Shown here: positions 29,484 to 38,933 of the stretch, piece by piece
Numbering within the stretch: position 1 is the first letter of the stretch
Layout: every line of letters starts with the position of its first letter
Source: Acidimicrobiales bacterium
GTDB lineage: Bacteria; Actinomycetota; Acidimicrobiia; Acidimicrobiales; SZUA-35
DNA: 64,000 nt
Reading direction: 5' to 3'
NCBI GenBank assembly: GCA_041394285.1
Contig: JAWKIL010000013.1
Location: forward strand, 66,089 to 130,088
Made by a program: the position numbers and the translations under genes
The notes under the pieces: generated by a model
Databases searched by the model: none
What the model was told of the DNA's origin: nothing
Seen by the model: the letters and a program-made list of their open reading frames with translations, nothing else

Positions 29484-30830
29484 TCATAGGGCGTTGATGT
29501 ACTTGAGGCCGCTGCGGTCCACCACGTCGTCCCGGGCCGCCCCCAACGGGATCTTCACCGACCCCGGCTCCCGCTGGAACTGGTCCACCAGGCCGATCGA
29601 GGCGGCGTGGTCACGCATGTCGGGCACCACGTGCTCGGTCAGCAGCTCCATCGAGCGCATGCGGTCCTCGTTGGACACCGGGCCCTGGATGTGGAGGAAG
29701 ATCACCACGCCGGGCCGCACGATCGACATGACCCGCTTCATCTTCGTTGCCACCTGGTCGGGCGTGCCCACCAGCACCGTGTGGGCGTCCTGGGCCCGCT
29801 GCAGGCCCCGGTACAGCTTCTGGCGGATCGACTCCAGGTCTTCGGGCTCGGAGTCGTCGGGCCGGTTGTCGCCCACCATGTTGGCCTTGCGGGCGGTGGC
29901 CAGCCCGGTCCAGGTGGTGGCGTTGACCCCGGCTTCGGCCAGGCGCCGGGTGGCGGCCTTCGAGTTGTAGCCCGGGGGCAGGGTGTGCTCGGGCCGGCTG
30001 AAGGCGTTCTGCCCCCCGCCGAACACGAACCCCTTGCCCAGCTCCTGGGCCTTGTCTTCGGAGTCGGCGCAGAACACGGGGATGACGTAGCCGAAGTTCT
30101 CGGGGCCGGCCTGCAGGCCGTTGGCCGCCGCCCGGTCCGCGTACAGGTCCCACAGCTCGGTGGTGGGGCCGATGGCGGTGCCGAGCCCGATGTAGGGATA
30201 GCCGCGGTCGGCTGCCCACAGGACGGTCTCGGGCGACAGCACACCGGGCATCCAGATCGGCGGGTGCGGCTTCTGGAACGGCAGGGCCCACGGGTTCACG
30301 TGGCGGTAGTGGAAGTGCTTGCCCTCGTAGCGCCAGGGGCCGGGGCGGGTCCAGGCCTGGATGATGAACTCGTGGGCCTCGTCGAGGTACTCCCGGTTGT
30401 AGGCCGGGTTGGCGTTGTTGAAGAACTGCTCGGCCCCGGCCCCCCGCACCCAGCCGCTGATCAGGCGGCCCCGGGAGATCAGGTCGATCGTGGCCAGCTC
30501 CTCGGCCAGCCGCAGGGGGTGCTTGTTGACCGGCAGCGGGTTGCCGATGAGGGCGATCCGGGCCTTGGAGGTGATGCGGGCCAGGATCGCGGCCTCGACG
30601 TTCTGCACGCTGCCCATGCAGATGGGGTTGCCGTGGTGCTCGTTGAGGGCGAGCACATCGAAGCCCTGCTCCTCGGCCGCCTGGTACTCGTCGAGCCAGT
30701 GGTTGTAGTCGTCGGCCGCCCGCAGGTGGTCGAAGCGGTCGTTGGGTAGGGCGAAGAAGGCCTTGTTGCGCAGGACGTCGTCCTCGTCGAGCCACCGGTA
30801 GGGACGTTCGGTGAAGTAGCCGATCTGCAT
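29484..30830 (-). CDS. LLM-class flavin-dependent oxidoreductase (luciferase-like)
   Basis: MQIGYFTERPY ... ALNEHHG ... LAEELATIDLISRGRLISG, a typical large LLM family pattern. Confidence 0.9.
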   Translation of the reverse strand: MQIGYFTERPYRWLDEDDVLRNKAFFALPNDRFDHLRAADDYNHWLDEYQAAEEQGFDVLALNEHHGNPICMGSVQNVEAAILARITSKARIALIGNPLPVNKHPLRLAEELATIDLISRGRLISGWVRGAGAEQFFNNANPAYNREYLDEAHEFIIQAWTRPGPWRYEGKHFHYRHVNPWALPFQKPHPPIWMPGVLSPETVLWAADRGYPYIGLGTAIGPTTELWDLYADRAAANGLQAGPENFGYVIPVFCADSEDKAQELGKGFVFGGGQNAFSRPEHTLPPGYNSKAATRRLAEAGVNATTWTGLATARKANMVGDNRPDDSEPEDLESIRQKLYRGLQRAQDAHTVLVGTPDQVATKMKRVMSIVRPGVVIFLHIQGPVSNEDRMRSMELLTEHVVPDMRDHAASIGLVDQFQREPGSVKIPLGAARDDVVDRSGLKYINAL

Positions 30831-30873
30831 GCCTGGTGACCCCCCTGAGCCGGTTGCGACGCCGGCGCCCAGA

Positions 30874-31389
30874 CTACTTGCCCCGGTTCAGCCGCACGAT
30901 CTCGGCGTTGAGGGCGGCGGCGAAGCTCACCCAGGCCAGGTAGGGAACGAACAGCCCGCCGGCCCGCTTGTCGACCGACCAGAACCGGGCCGCGGTGAGG
31001 GCCACGGCCACCCACAGCCCGCCCATCTCGCCCAGGGCCCAGGCCGGGCGGCGGGCCCCGAAGAAGAGCGGCGACCAGATGGCGTTGAGCACGAGCTGGA
31101 GGCCGAACAGGATCATCGAGGTGCGCCGCCGCCCGCCGTTGCTGCGCCACACCAGCCAGGCGGCAACACCCATCAGCAGGTAGAGGACGGTCCAGACCGG
31201 GCCGAACACCCAGTTGGGCGGGTTGAACGACGGTTTGCGGAGCCGGGCGTACCAGGTGTCGATCGATCGTTGGTTGAACGGGACGCCGACCAGGCCGGCC
31301 GCCTCGCACAGGGCGACGAATCCGGCCAGGGCCAACCATGGCCGGGCTTCTGGGTCGGGGCCGGCATGAAGGTGGCTGATGCTCGTCAC
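30874..31389 (-). CDS. tspO: TspO/MBR family tryptophan-rich sensory protein
   Basis: WYARLRKPSFNPPNWVFGPVWTVLYLLMGVAAWLVW ... LVLNAIWSPLFFG ... PYLAWVSFAAALN. Start set at GTG 31389, because the longer ORF (to 31503) would overlap the divergent crotonase start. Confidence 0.8.
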   Translation of the reverse strand: MTSISHLHAGPDPEARPWLALAGFVALCEAAGLVGVPFNQRSIDTWYARLRKPSFNPPNWVFGPVWTVLYLLMGVAAWLVWRSNGGRRRTSMILFGLQLVLNAIWSPLFFGARRPAWALGEMGGLWVAVALTAARFWSVDKRAGGLFVPYLAWVSFAAALNAEIVRLNRGK

Positions 31390-31450
31390 GACTGGCCCGG
31401 TACCCGGGCCGGCGTGGCCGTAATCCGACCGGTCACCTAGGGTCGGGACC

Positions 31451-32281
31451 ATGAGCGGACCGGAGCGCACCGACGGCGGCCTGATCGTGGAGGTGCGGGA
31501 CAAGGTGGCCTACGCCACCATCGACCGACCGGAGCGGATGAACGCCATCTCGGTGGGTCTGGCCGACGATCTGGTGGACGCGTTCGACGCCTTCTCCACC
31601 GATCGCGACGTGTGGGCCGTGGTGCTGTCGGCCACCGGCGAGCGGGCCTTCTGCGCCGGCGCCGACCTGAAGGACATGGGTGCTGCCGACGCGGCCCGGG
31701 CCGGTGGCGGCGGGCGGCCCTCGGGGGGCCGGCGGCCGGGAGCGGTGCCGATGACCGGGTCCCGCCGTAACTTCTTCGAGGTGATCCTGGAGTGTTCGAA
31801 GCCGACGGTGGCCTCGGTGTTCGGCTGGGCCATGGGCGGCGGATGCGAGCTGGCCGTCGCCTGCGACGTCCGCATCGCCGCCGACGACCTCCGGATCGGC
31901 ATGCCCGAGGCCAAGCGGGGCCTGGGGGCCAACTTCGGCTCGGTGGTGCTGCCCCGGGTGGTCCCCCTCGGGGTGGCCTATCAGATGCTCTACACGGGCG
32001 AGCCGGTCGACGCCGCCACCGCCCTGCACTGGGGGCTGGTGCAACAGGTGGTGCCCCGGGCCGACCTGGCCGAGCGCACCGAAGCCCTGGTGCGCTCGAT
32101 CGTGGCCAACGCCCCGCTCACCACCCAGCGCTACAAGGCCATGATCACCAAGGGCCGGGACCTGCCGGTGTCGGCTGCGCTGCGCCTCAACGCCGGCCCC
32201 AACCCCTACCTGTCGGAGGACCGCAAGGAGGGCGTGGCCGCCTTCCTGGAGAAGCGCACCCCCAACTGGCAGGCCCGCTGA
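31451..32281 (+). CDS. enoyl-CoA hydratase/isomerase (crotonase) family protein
   Basis: FCAGADLKDM and GWAMGGGCELAVACDVRIA oxyanion-hole motifs. Confidence 0.9.
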   Translation: MSGPERTDGGLIVEVRDKVAYATIDRPERMNAISVGLADDLVDAFDAFSTDRDVWAVVLSATGERAFCAGADLKDMGAADAARAGGGGRPSGGRRPGAVPMTGSRRNFFEVILECSKPTVASVFGWAMGGGCELAVACDVRIAADDLRIGMPEAKRGLGANFGSVVLPRVVPLGVAYQMLYTGEPVDAATALHWGLVQQVVPRADLAERTEALVRSIVANAPLTTQRYKAMITKGRDLPVSAALRLNAGPNPYLSEDRKEGVAAFLEKRTPNWQAR

Positions 32282-32355
32282 CCGGGCCCGGTCCGGGCGG
32301 GACCGGGTCGGCTGAGCTTGCCCGGTGGAGCCCGGACGGGGCAGCCTCGGGGGCG

Positions 32356-33108
32356 ATGGAGCGCGATCCGGGCCTGAGCGGGCCGAGCAACTTCCGGGAT
32401 CTGGGCGGCTACGCCACGGCCGACGGCCGCCGGGTGAGGTGGCGCCGGGTGTTCCGGTCCGACGCCCTGCGCCTCACCGACGCCGACGTGGCCGTGCTGC
32501 GCCAGCTCGGCCTGCGCACCGCCGTCGACTTCCGCACCCCGATGGAGTACGGCCACCGGGAGGGCGGGGGGAGCGACAAGCACGTGGCCCGGTGGGCCGA
32601 GGTGGGCTTCCGCCGCATCCACCTGCCGATGATCGACGAGACCCGGGTGGCCCGCCAGGCCAGCGACGAGCGGCCGCCGGCGGCCCGGGGCTACCTCAAG
32701 ATGCTCGAGCGGGGCGGCCCGGCCCTGGTCGAGCTGTTCGGGCTGCTGGCCCGCGACGACCACCACCCGCTGGTGTTCCACTGCTCGGCCGGCAAGGACC
32801 GCACCGGGATCGCGGCGGCCCTGCTGCTGGGCGTGCTCGGAGTCGACGACGACACGATCGTGGCCGACTACGCCCTGTCGCAGCCCAACATGGAGCGGGC
32901 CCTGGCCAAGATCCAGGCTCGGCCCGACGCCGACCGCATCCTGGCCAACCGCCCGGTGGCGGCGTGGCAGGCCCCCACCGACGCCGTGGTCGGCTTCGTG
33001 GCGGGCGTGCGGGAGGTCCACGGCTCCTGGGATGCCGCCGCCGCCTCGATCGGCATCGACGCCGCCACCGTCGCCGCCCTCCGCTCCCTCCTCCTCACGT
33101 CCGACTGA
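32356..33108 (+). CDS. protein-tyrosine phosphatase (Y_phosphatase3 type)
   Basis: NFRDLGG at the N-terminus and the catalytic P-loop HCSAGKDRTG. ATG at 32356 within the longer ORF-track frame. Confidence 0.85.
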   Translation: MERDPGLSGPSNFRDLGGYATADGRRVRWRRVFRSDALRLTDADVAVLRQLGLRTAVDFRTPMEYGHREGGGSDKHVARWAEVGFRRIHLPMIDETRVARQASDERPPAARGYLKMLERGGPALVELFGLLARDDHHPLVFHCSAGKDRTGIAAALLLGVLGVDDDTIVADYALSQPNMERALAKIQARPDADRILANRPVAAWQAPTDAVVGFVAGVREVHGSWDAAAASIGIDAATVAALRSLLLTSD

Positions 33109-33154
33109 CCCGCCGGGCCCCGCCCGGTGACGGGCGAACGCCGCCGGCGGGGCC

Positions 33155-35233
33155 TCAGCCGGGCAGGCTGGCGCCGGCCAGGGTCGGGGCACCGGCATCG
33201 GCGGCCAACCCGGCACCGCCCCGCGCCCCGGCCATCAACCGGCGTAGGGCGGGCACGATGCCGTCCGGCACCACCAGGGTGCCCACCAGCAGGCCCAGGC
33301 CCCACAGCAGATAGGCGCCGCCGCCGGTGGCGTCGGGCGGTATCCCCTGGGCCCCCAGAGCCCAGCCGGTGGTGGACAGGAACCATGGGGTGCCCACGAA
33401 GAGCACGGCGGCCAGGGCCGCACCGGCCAGCGAGTCGACCCCGCACAACAGCACCAGGGCGAAGGCGGCCAGCGACCGGAAGGGGTCGAGGATGCTGCCC
33501 GTGACCGCCTGCTGGGGCACCGCCACCAGTGCCCCGCCCATCGCCCCCAGGGCCGTGGCCAGGGCGAAGGCCGAGGTGCGGATGCGGGCCACCGGCACCC
33601 CCATCGAGGCCGCGGCCTGGGCGTCGTCGGTGGTGGCCCGCAGGGCCCGTCCCCACGCCCCGCCCAGCAGCCGGTGCACCCCGGCCAGGGTCAGCGCGGC
33701 CACGGCCAGGGCCACGACGTGGAACCAGGTGTGGTCCCGCCCGCCATCGGGGAACCACGACGGGCCGGCCGGGATCGAGATCAGGGGCGGGCCCAGGTCG
33801 CCCCCGGTGAACCGCCGGAACAGCGTCACCAGGTTGGGCAGCACCACGGCCACACAGAACGTGATCACGGCCAGGTACTGGCCCCGGATGCGCAGGGCCG
33901 GGAAGCCCACCGCCACCCCGGCCGCCGCTCCCACCAGTGCCGCCAGCCCGACCCCTACCAGCGGGTGGATGCCGTAGCGGCCGGCGATGCCCACGGTGTA
34001 GGCCCCCACCCCCATGAAGGCGGCGTGGCCCAGCGACAGGCCGCCGGCCGGGCCCAGCAGCACGGCCAGGCCGGCGAAGGCCACCACCGTGCCCACGAGC
34101 TGCACCCAGGTGCGGGCGTGGACGACCGGCAGGTACCACGCCGGCAGGGCCGCCACCACCGCCAGCACCCCGGCCCGGCCCAGCCAGCGGACCCAGCCCA
34201 GCGACGACCCGGCCCCCACCCCGTCGGCACTGCGGACCAGGGCCGAGCGCCAACCGGGCTCGGGCGACCGGCGCAGACCCTGGACCGCCGTCACCAGCTC
34301 GGCGGAACCGCCCCCGCCGCCCGTGATCGACGGGCGCACCACCAGCAACACGATCAGGCCCACCACGATCAGGGGGAACGACAGCGTCTCGCCGGTGAAC
34401 GGGGCGTAGCCGCCGATCAGGGCCTGACCCACCCCCACCACCAACCCGCCGATCAATGCGCCCCCGGGGCGGGAGAACCCGCCGAGGGCGGCGGCCACGA
34501 AGCCGTAGACGAGCAGCCGCACCATCATGTCGGGGCTGAGCACCAGGCGGGAGGCCGACAGGATCCCGACCAGGGTGCCGATGGCGGCGGCCAGGGCCCA
34601 GCTCCCCATCCACACCCGCCGCACCCGGATGCCGACGAGGGCGCTGGCCCCGGCGGCCTGGGCCACCGACCGGAAGGCCAGCCCGGCCCGGGTCCGGCGC
34701 GACGCCAGCCACAGCAGCCCGTACAGAGCGAGCAGCACGGCCCACATACCGATCGTGGCCACCCGCAGCCGGGCCCCGGCAAGGCCCAGGTAGGCCTCGG
34801 GTCCCGACGGGAACAGCGAGGGGAACGAGCCCGACCGGCTCCAGGTCATCGTGGCCCAGGCGTTGGCCAGCATCAACAGCGCCACGGTCACCCGTACGGT
34901 CGAGCCCACCGGGCGGTCGGCCACCCGCCGCACCAGGAACCGCTCCAGGAGCCCCCCGATCGCAGCCGACAGCGCCACCGCCCCCACCGCGGCCAGCCAG
35001 GTGGGCCAGGGGGCGAAGGGCACGATCTGGCGGGCCAGGCCGGTACCGGCCAGGCGGGAGCTGGCCGAGCTGGACAGCACCAGGGCCACGTAGGTGCCGA
35101 TCGTGCCCATTTCCCCCTGGGCCAGGTTCAGCCGTCCCGTGCCCTGGTAGACGATCGTCAGGGCGAGAGCCAGGGCACCGAACAGGGAGCCGTCGGCCAG
35201 GCCGTCGAGCACCCGCTGCACGAACAGTGTCAT
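33155..35233 (-). CDS. fused branched-chain amino acid ABC transporter permease (LivH-LivM)
   Basis: 692 aa. N-terminal LivH-like half (FVQRVLDGLADGSLFGALALALTIVYQGTGRLNLAQGEM) and C-terminal LivM-like half (LSLGHAAFMGVGAYT). Confidence 0.85.
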   Translation of the reverse strand: MTLFVQRVLDGLADGSLFGALALALTIVYQGTGRLNLAQGEMGTIGTYVALVLSSSASSRLAGTGLARQIVPFAPWPTWLAAVGAVALSAAIGGLLERFLVRRVADRPVGSTVRVTVALLMLANAWATMTWSRSGSFPSLFPSGPEAYLGLAGARLRVATIGMWAVLLALYGLLWLASRRTRAGLAFRSVAQAAGASALVGIRVRRVWMGSWALAAAIGTLVGILSASRLVLSPDMMVRLLVYGFVAAALGGFSRPGGALIGGLVVGVGQALIGGYAPFTGETLSFPLIVVGLIVLLVVRPSITGGGGGSAELVTAVQGLRRSPEPGWRSALVRSADGVGAGSSLGWVRWLGRAGVLAVVAALPAWYLPVVHARTWVQLVGTVVAFAGLAVLLGPAGGLSLGHAAFMGVGAYTVGIAGRYGIHPLVGVGLAALVGAAAGVAVGFPALRIRGQYLAVITFCVAVVLPNLVTLFRRFTGGDLGPPLISIPAGPSWFPDGGRDHTWFHVVALAVAALTLAGVHRLLGGAWGRALRATTDDAQAAASMGVPVARIRTSAFALATALGAMGGALVAVPQQAVTGSILDPFRSLAAFALVLLCGVDSLAGAALAAVLFVGTPWFLSTTGWALGAQGIPPDATGGGAYLLWGLGLLVGTLVVPDGIVPALRRLMAGARGGAGLAADAGAPTLAGASLPG

Positions 35234-35254
35234 GGCCGGGTCACAGTAGTACTG

Positions 35255-36556
35255 TCAACGCCCCCCGGCCAGGTCCCGCCGGCCCTGGTCGGAGGCCCGG
35301 GCGGCGTGGCCCAGGATGTTGCGGGCCATCGAGCTCTCGTGGAGCCCGGCGTGGGCCCGGTACACCTCGGCCCGCAACGCCCACACGTCCGCGTTGCCCG
35401 GCTCGGCCAGGGCGGCGAACTCCACCAGGTGGCAGGCGGCCCGGGCATCGCCGCCGTCGAGCAGGGCCCGGGCCCGGTCCAGCACCGGGCCGGCACCGCC
35501 GGCCAGCGTCACCCATTCCCGGGCCTGCTGGGCCCGGGGGGCCGGCAGCAGGTTGTCGGGCTCGCCGTCCCACCAGCCGCCGTAGCGGCGCCACACGTTG
35601 CGCACCAGGAACTGGGGATGGTCGTACACCGGGCGGAGCCAGGGCCGGTCGGCCAGGTGGGCCGGCACCTGCACCTCGTGGAGGCACGTGTCGAGCGGGA
35701 GGCCCTGGTTCATCAGCGCCAGCGTCTGGTCCTCGATCGACTCCAGCAGCTCGGCGGTGTCGGTGAGGGCGGTGACGATGCGGTCCCGCCCGAAGATGGG
35801 CAGCCCGTGGCCGGCCAGCAGCAGCTCGGGGCCGAGGGCCGCCATCTCCCGCAGGGCGGTGGCCCAGTCCGACAGGTACCGCTGCACCTTCTGGGGGTTC
35901 CCGGCGTTGGGCACGGCCCAGATGAACAGGTCGCCGGGATGCAGGATCTTCCGCTCCGGCACCCAGGTCCAGGTGGCGTCGTCGGTCTCGCCCCGGGCGT
36001 GGCGCAACTCGAAGGTGAGATCGCCCCGGGTGAAGGTGAGCGACCGTTCGTAGGTCACGTCGGGCTGGCGGAACTCCGAGGGCCAGGTGAACCCGGGCAG
36101 GTCGATGGCGAACTGGCGACGGTTGATGGCGGTGTTCCATCCGACGGTGCGGGTGTAGCGGGCGAAGTGCTCGGGCACCTCCCGGTGGGCGTAGACCACG
36201 GGTCGGGCCCAGCCCTGCTCGGCCGCTTCCGCCTCGAACAGGGCGGTGCCGAAGACGTGGTCGATGTGGTGGTGGGAGTAGACGGCGGCGGCCAGCGGAT
36301 CGGTCCGCCAGCGCCGCACCTCGGCGTGCACGATGTCCCGGTCGAAGGCGCCGCCGGTGTCGAGCATCACCAGGCCGTCGCCCGTGTCGAGGGCGTTGAC
36401 CGAGGCCACGCTCTTGAGGTGCAGCACGTCGTCGGCGATCTCCTCGCCGTGGATCTGGCCGTCGTCGCCGGGGAGGCGGGCCACCGGATGGTGGGCGTGG
36501 ACCAGGTCGCCCCGCCCCTGCCAGTGTTCCTCGGCCAGCTCGCGGATGGTTGCCAT
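35255..36556 (-). CDS. MBL-fold alkyl/aryl-sulfatase-like hydrolase
   Basis: SHHHIDH motif plus an alkyl-sulfatase dimerisation-like C-terminal region (YDHPQFLVRNVWRRYGGWWDG). No SCP2 tail. Confidence 0.8.
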   Translation of the reverse strand: MATIRELAEEHWQGRGDLVHAHHPVARLPGDDGQIHGEEIADDVLHLKSVASVNALDTGDGLVMLDTGGAFDRDIVHAEVRRWRTDPLAAAVYSHHHIDHVFGTALFEAEAAEQGWARPVVYAHREVPEHFARYTRTVGWNTAINRRQFAIDLPGFTWPSEFRQPDVTYERSLTFTRGDLTFELRHARGETDDATWTWVPERKILHPGDLFIWAVPNAGNPQKVQRYLSDWATALREMAALGPELLLAGHGLPIFGRDRIVTALTDTAELLESIEDQTLALMNQGLPLDTCLHEVQVPAHLADRPWLRPVYDHPQFLVRNVWRRYGGWWDGEPDNLLPAPRAQQAREWVTLAGGAGPVLDRARALLDGGDARAACHLVEFAALAEPGNADVWALRAEVYRAHAGLHESSMARNILGHAARASDQGRRDLAGGR

Positions 36557-36666
36557 GGCCGAACCTTAGTGCCCCCCAGGACAGGCGGCCGGCGGAGCCG
36601 GGGCCCCGGCGGGGATGGGGAGCCGAAGGCGACGGAGGCGCCGACCCCCGCATCACCACCGGTCGA

Positions 36667-37155
36667 TCAGGTGGGCGCGGCGTCGGCGGTCACCTCGGCG
36701 ACCACCGCCTGGTCGTCCTGCTGGTCGAGCACGATCGTGTAGTAGCGGCCGGCGGCCAGGTCGGCCACCTCGGGCCGCAACAGCAGCGGATCGACCGACC
36801 AGTCCTCGCCGTCCATCACGAAGCTGATGTTGTCGTAGTTCTCCGCACCGGGGGCGACGGTGAGGTAGTCGGAGCTGTCGCCCTGGCCGATGGCGGCGAA
36901 GCGGGTGTGGGACGACGGGTCCTCGGTGGCCCCGGGGGCCACGTCGCGGCCCAGGAACAGGCGGTCGATGCGGGCATCCATCCCGTTGTGGATCCGGATG
37001 TTCACCGCCTCGGCCGGGCTGAGGTCGGCTGCTTCGTTGCCCCGCAACGACAGGGCCAGGGCCACCATGGTGCCCACGGCCATGAGGATGGGGACCACCA
37101 CCACGGCGGCGATGAGCTTCGCTGAGGTGCGCCCCGACCTGGCCACGCCGGGCAT
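36667..37155 (-). CDS. hypothetical membrane-anchored protein
   Basis: Single N-terminal TM (LIAAVVVVPILMAVGTMVALAL) followed by a soluble domain. Downstream of the L,D-transpeptidase gene. Confidence 0.5.
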   Translation of the reverse strand: MPGVARSGRTSAKLIAAVVVVPILMAVGTMVALALSLRGNEAADLSPAEAVNIRIHNGMDARIDRLFLGRDVAPGATEDPSSHTRFAAIGQGDSSDYLTVAPGAENYDNISFVMDGEDWSVDPLLLRPEVADLAAGRYYTIVLDQQDDQAVVAEVTADAAPT

Positions 37156-37186
37156 CGTAACCCGAACGCCGGGCGACCGGTCCCGG

Positions 37187-37960
37187 TCAGTCGGTGATGA
37201 GCACCGGGGTGCCGAGGGGAAGGTAGGAGGCGAGGTCGGTGATCACGTCGTTCGGCACCCGGATGCAACCGTGGCTCACGTCGCGCCCCACCGACGACGG
37301 GTCGTTGGTGCCGTGGATCCCGATCACGGCGTCCTCCCCCTGGAAGGAGTCGAGGGTCTCGCTGTAGCCCGACAGGCCGAAGGCGAAGGGCCCGTAGGCG
37401 CCGGCGGGGTCGGGCGGCTGCAACAGCTCGGTGAGGTAGAAGGCGCCGAGCGGGGTGGGGGTGGCGCCGGTGCCGATCCCCACGCTGGTCTCAGTGATCG
37501 GCTGGTTGGCCTGGAGCACGGTGAGGCGGTGCTCCGACACGTCCACCTCCACCCGGTAGGGGTTCCGGTACAGGGTGACGTCGGCGTAGCGGATCCAGCC
37601 CGTGGTCCCGTTGGGCCGCACCGGCAGCAGCACCCGCAGCCAGTCGCCCCGCAGCTCGACGGCCTGGAACACCAGCGGCCCGCCGTTGTCGATCGGGTGG
37701 GCGAAGCGGCCGACCGGAGCAGCCGACACCGACGGTTCGGCGTAGGCCACCACCTCGGGTACCGCCCCCTCGGCCACCACCACCTGGTCGGGGTACGCCG
37801 GAGCCCGGGGGCCTTCCGGGGGGACGGCCGGGCCCGCCCCGGCGGCGGAGGGCGCCTCGGACGGGGCGCAGCCGGTCAGTCCCGTGACCGACAGCGCCAC
37901 GAGCAGGGCGAACATCAGGGCCGGCAGAGGGCCGGCCCGCCGAGTGTGCAACGGCGGCAA
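37187..37960 (-). CDS. L,D-transpeptidase (YkuD domain) lipoprotein
   Basis: Lipobox LSVTGLTGC. Catalytic motif GIHGTN...SHGCIRV. Confidence 0.85.
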   Translation of the reverse strand: MPPLHTRRAGPLPALMFALLVALSVTGLTGCAPSEAPSAAGAGPAVPPEGPRAPAYPDQVVVAEGAVPEVVAYAEPSVSAAPVGRFAHPIDNGGPLVFQAVELRGDWLRVLLPVRPNGTTGWIRYADVTLYRNPYRVEVDVSEHRLTVLQANQPITETSVGIGTGATPTPLGAFYLTELLQPPDPAGAYGPFAFGLSGYSETLDSFQGEDAVIGIHGTNDPSSVGRDVSHGCIRVPNDVITDLASYLPLGTPVLITD

Positions 37961-37963
37961 GGC

Positions 37964-38788
37964 TCAGCCGGTGAAGCTGGGGCTGGCCGTGGTGGCCAGG
38001 GCCGACGGCGCCTGGGGCAGCGGGCCTGGGACCTGCTGGGCTCCGAGCACGCTCGGTGTGCCCTGGACGACCCCGGCCGGAGCCGGCGGGCCGGCGGTGG
38101 TGCTCGATGTCGTCTCGCCCCCGACGGCTGGACCGCCGGTGGAGGAGGTCGTCTCGCCCCCCACAACCGGTTCCCCGGTGGACGACGTGGTCACGCCCCC
38201 GACGGCGGGCGTCGCCGGCGTGGTCTCCCCGGTCAGCGGAGCGCTCACGGTGGGCCCGGTGGACGGAGCCCCGGCCACGGTGGTGGTGGTCTGCTGGGCC
38301 GGGGCCACCGTCGGCAGCAGCTGCTCCGGAGTGCACTCGAAGCTCACGGTGAAACCGAGGCTGGTGGAGCCGTCGGGCCCGATCGTCACCTCGATCAGGA
38401 TGTCGGGTCCCAGCGTCACCCGATGGGTGTCGACCACCCGGGCGTCGGCCGAATCCTCCACGCCCTCGATGGTCGAGGTGGCGCCTCCGGTGGTGACGAC
38501 CACGTCGGTTCCGGGATGGACCGACGCCTGGTTCTGGGTCACCACCCGGAGATCGCAGGGCATCCCCTGGAGGCTGGCCGGTACCGGCATGTCGGCCACC
38601 GTGTGGACCGAGCCGGGGCTGTCGTAGATGACCATCGTGGGCCGGATGATGATCTCCTCCCCCTCGGCCCCGGCGGGTGCCGTGGCCAGGGCCAGGGCGG
38701 CGGCGACGGCCAGGGCCGGAGCGGTGGCCACCACGGTGGGAGACCGGAGAGGGCGCGCCAAGCGCGAACGTGGAATGCGGCGGGACAT
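37964..38788 (-). CDS. secreted hypothetical protein with Thr/Ser/Gly-rich C-terminal repeats
   Basis: Signal-like PTVVATAPALAVAAALALATAPAGA. C-terminal VGGETTSSTG(E/G)P-type repeats. ATG at 38788 preferred over the ORF-track start at 38842. Confidence 0.55.
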   Translation of the reverse strand: MSRRIPRSRLARPLRSPTVVATAPALAVAAALALATAPAGAEGEEIIIRPTMVIYDSPGSVHTVADMPVPASLQGMPCDLRVVTQNQASVHPGTDVVVTTGGATSTIEGVEDSADARVVDTHRVTLGPDILIEVTIGPDGSTSLGFTVSFECTPEQLLPTVAPAQQTTTTVAGAPSTGPTVSAPLTGETTPATPAVGGVTTSSTGEPVVGGETTSSTGGPAVGGETTSSTTAGPPAPAGVVQGTPSVLGAQQVPGPLPQAPSALATTASPSFTG

Positions 38789-38864
38789 GAAGGGGAACCT
38801 ATCAGCTGATCGGGTGAGCACCATCGATCGACCCGAGGCCACCGCAACGACCCGCCAAAACAGC

Positions 38865-38898
38865 GGGGACCCAGCCCCCGAGAGGAGCTGGGTTCCCC
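38865..38898 (-). terminator. hairpin downstream of coxM-like gene
   Basis: GGGGACCCAGC ... GCTGGGTTCCCC, an imperfect stem directly after the cox operon. Confidence 0.4.
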
Positions 38899-38933
38899 GG
38901 TCACACGGTGTTTGGGCTGGTCAGCGAGCTAGA

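Noticed and set aside
31390-31503. Longer TspO start (31503 or ATG 31452), which shares a CATG with the divergent crotonase start.
   Set aside because: It would force overlapping divergent coding regions. The extra residues are non-hydrophobic and unlike TspO N-termini, so GTG 31389 is preferred. This is unverified.
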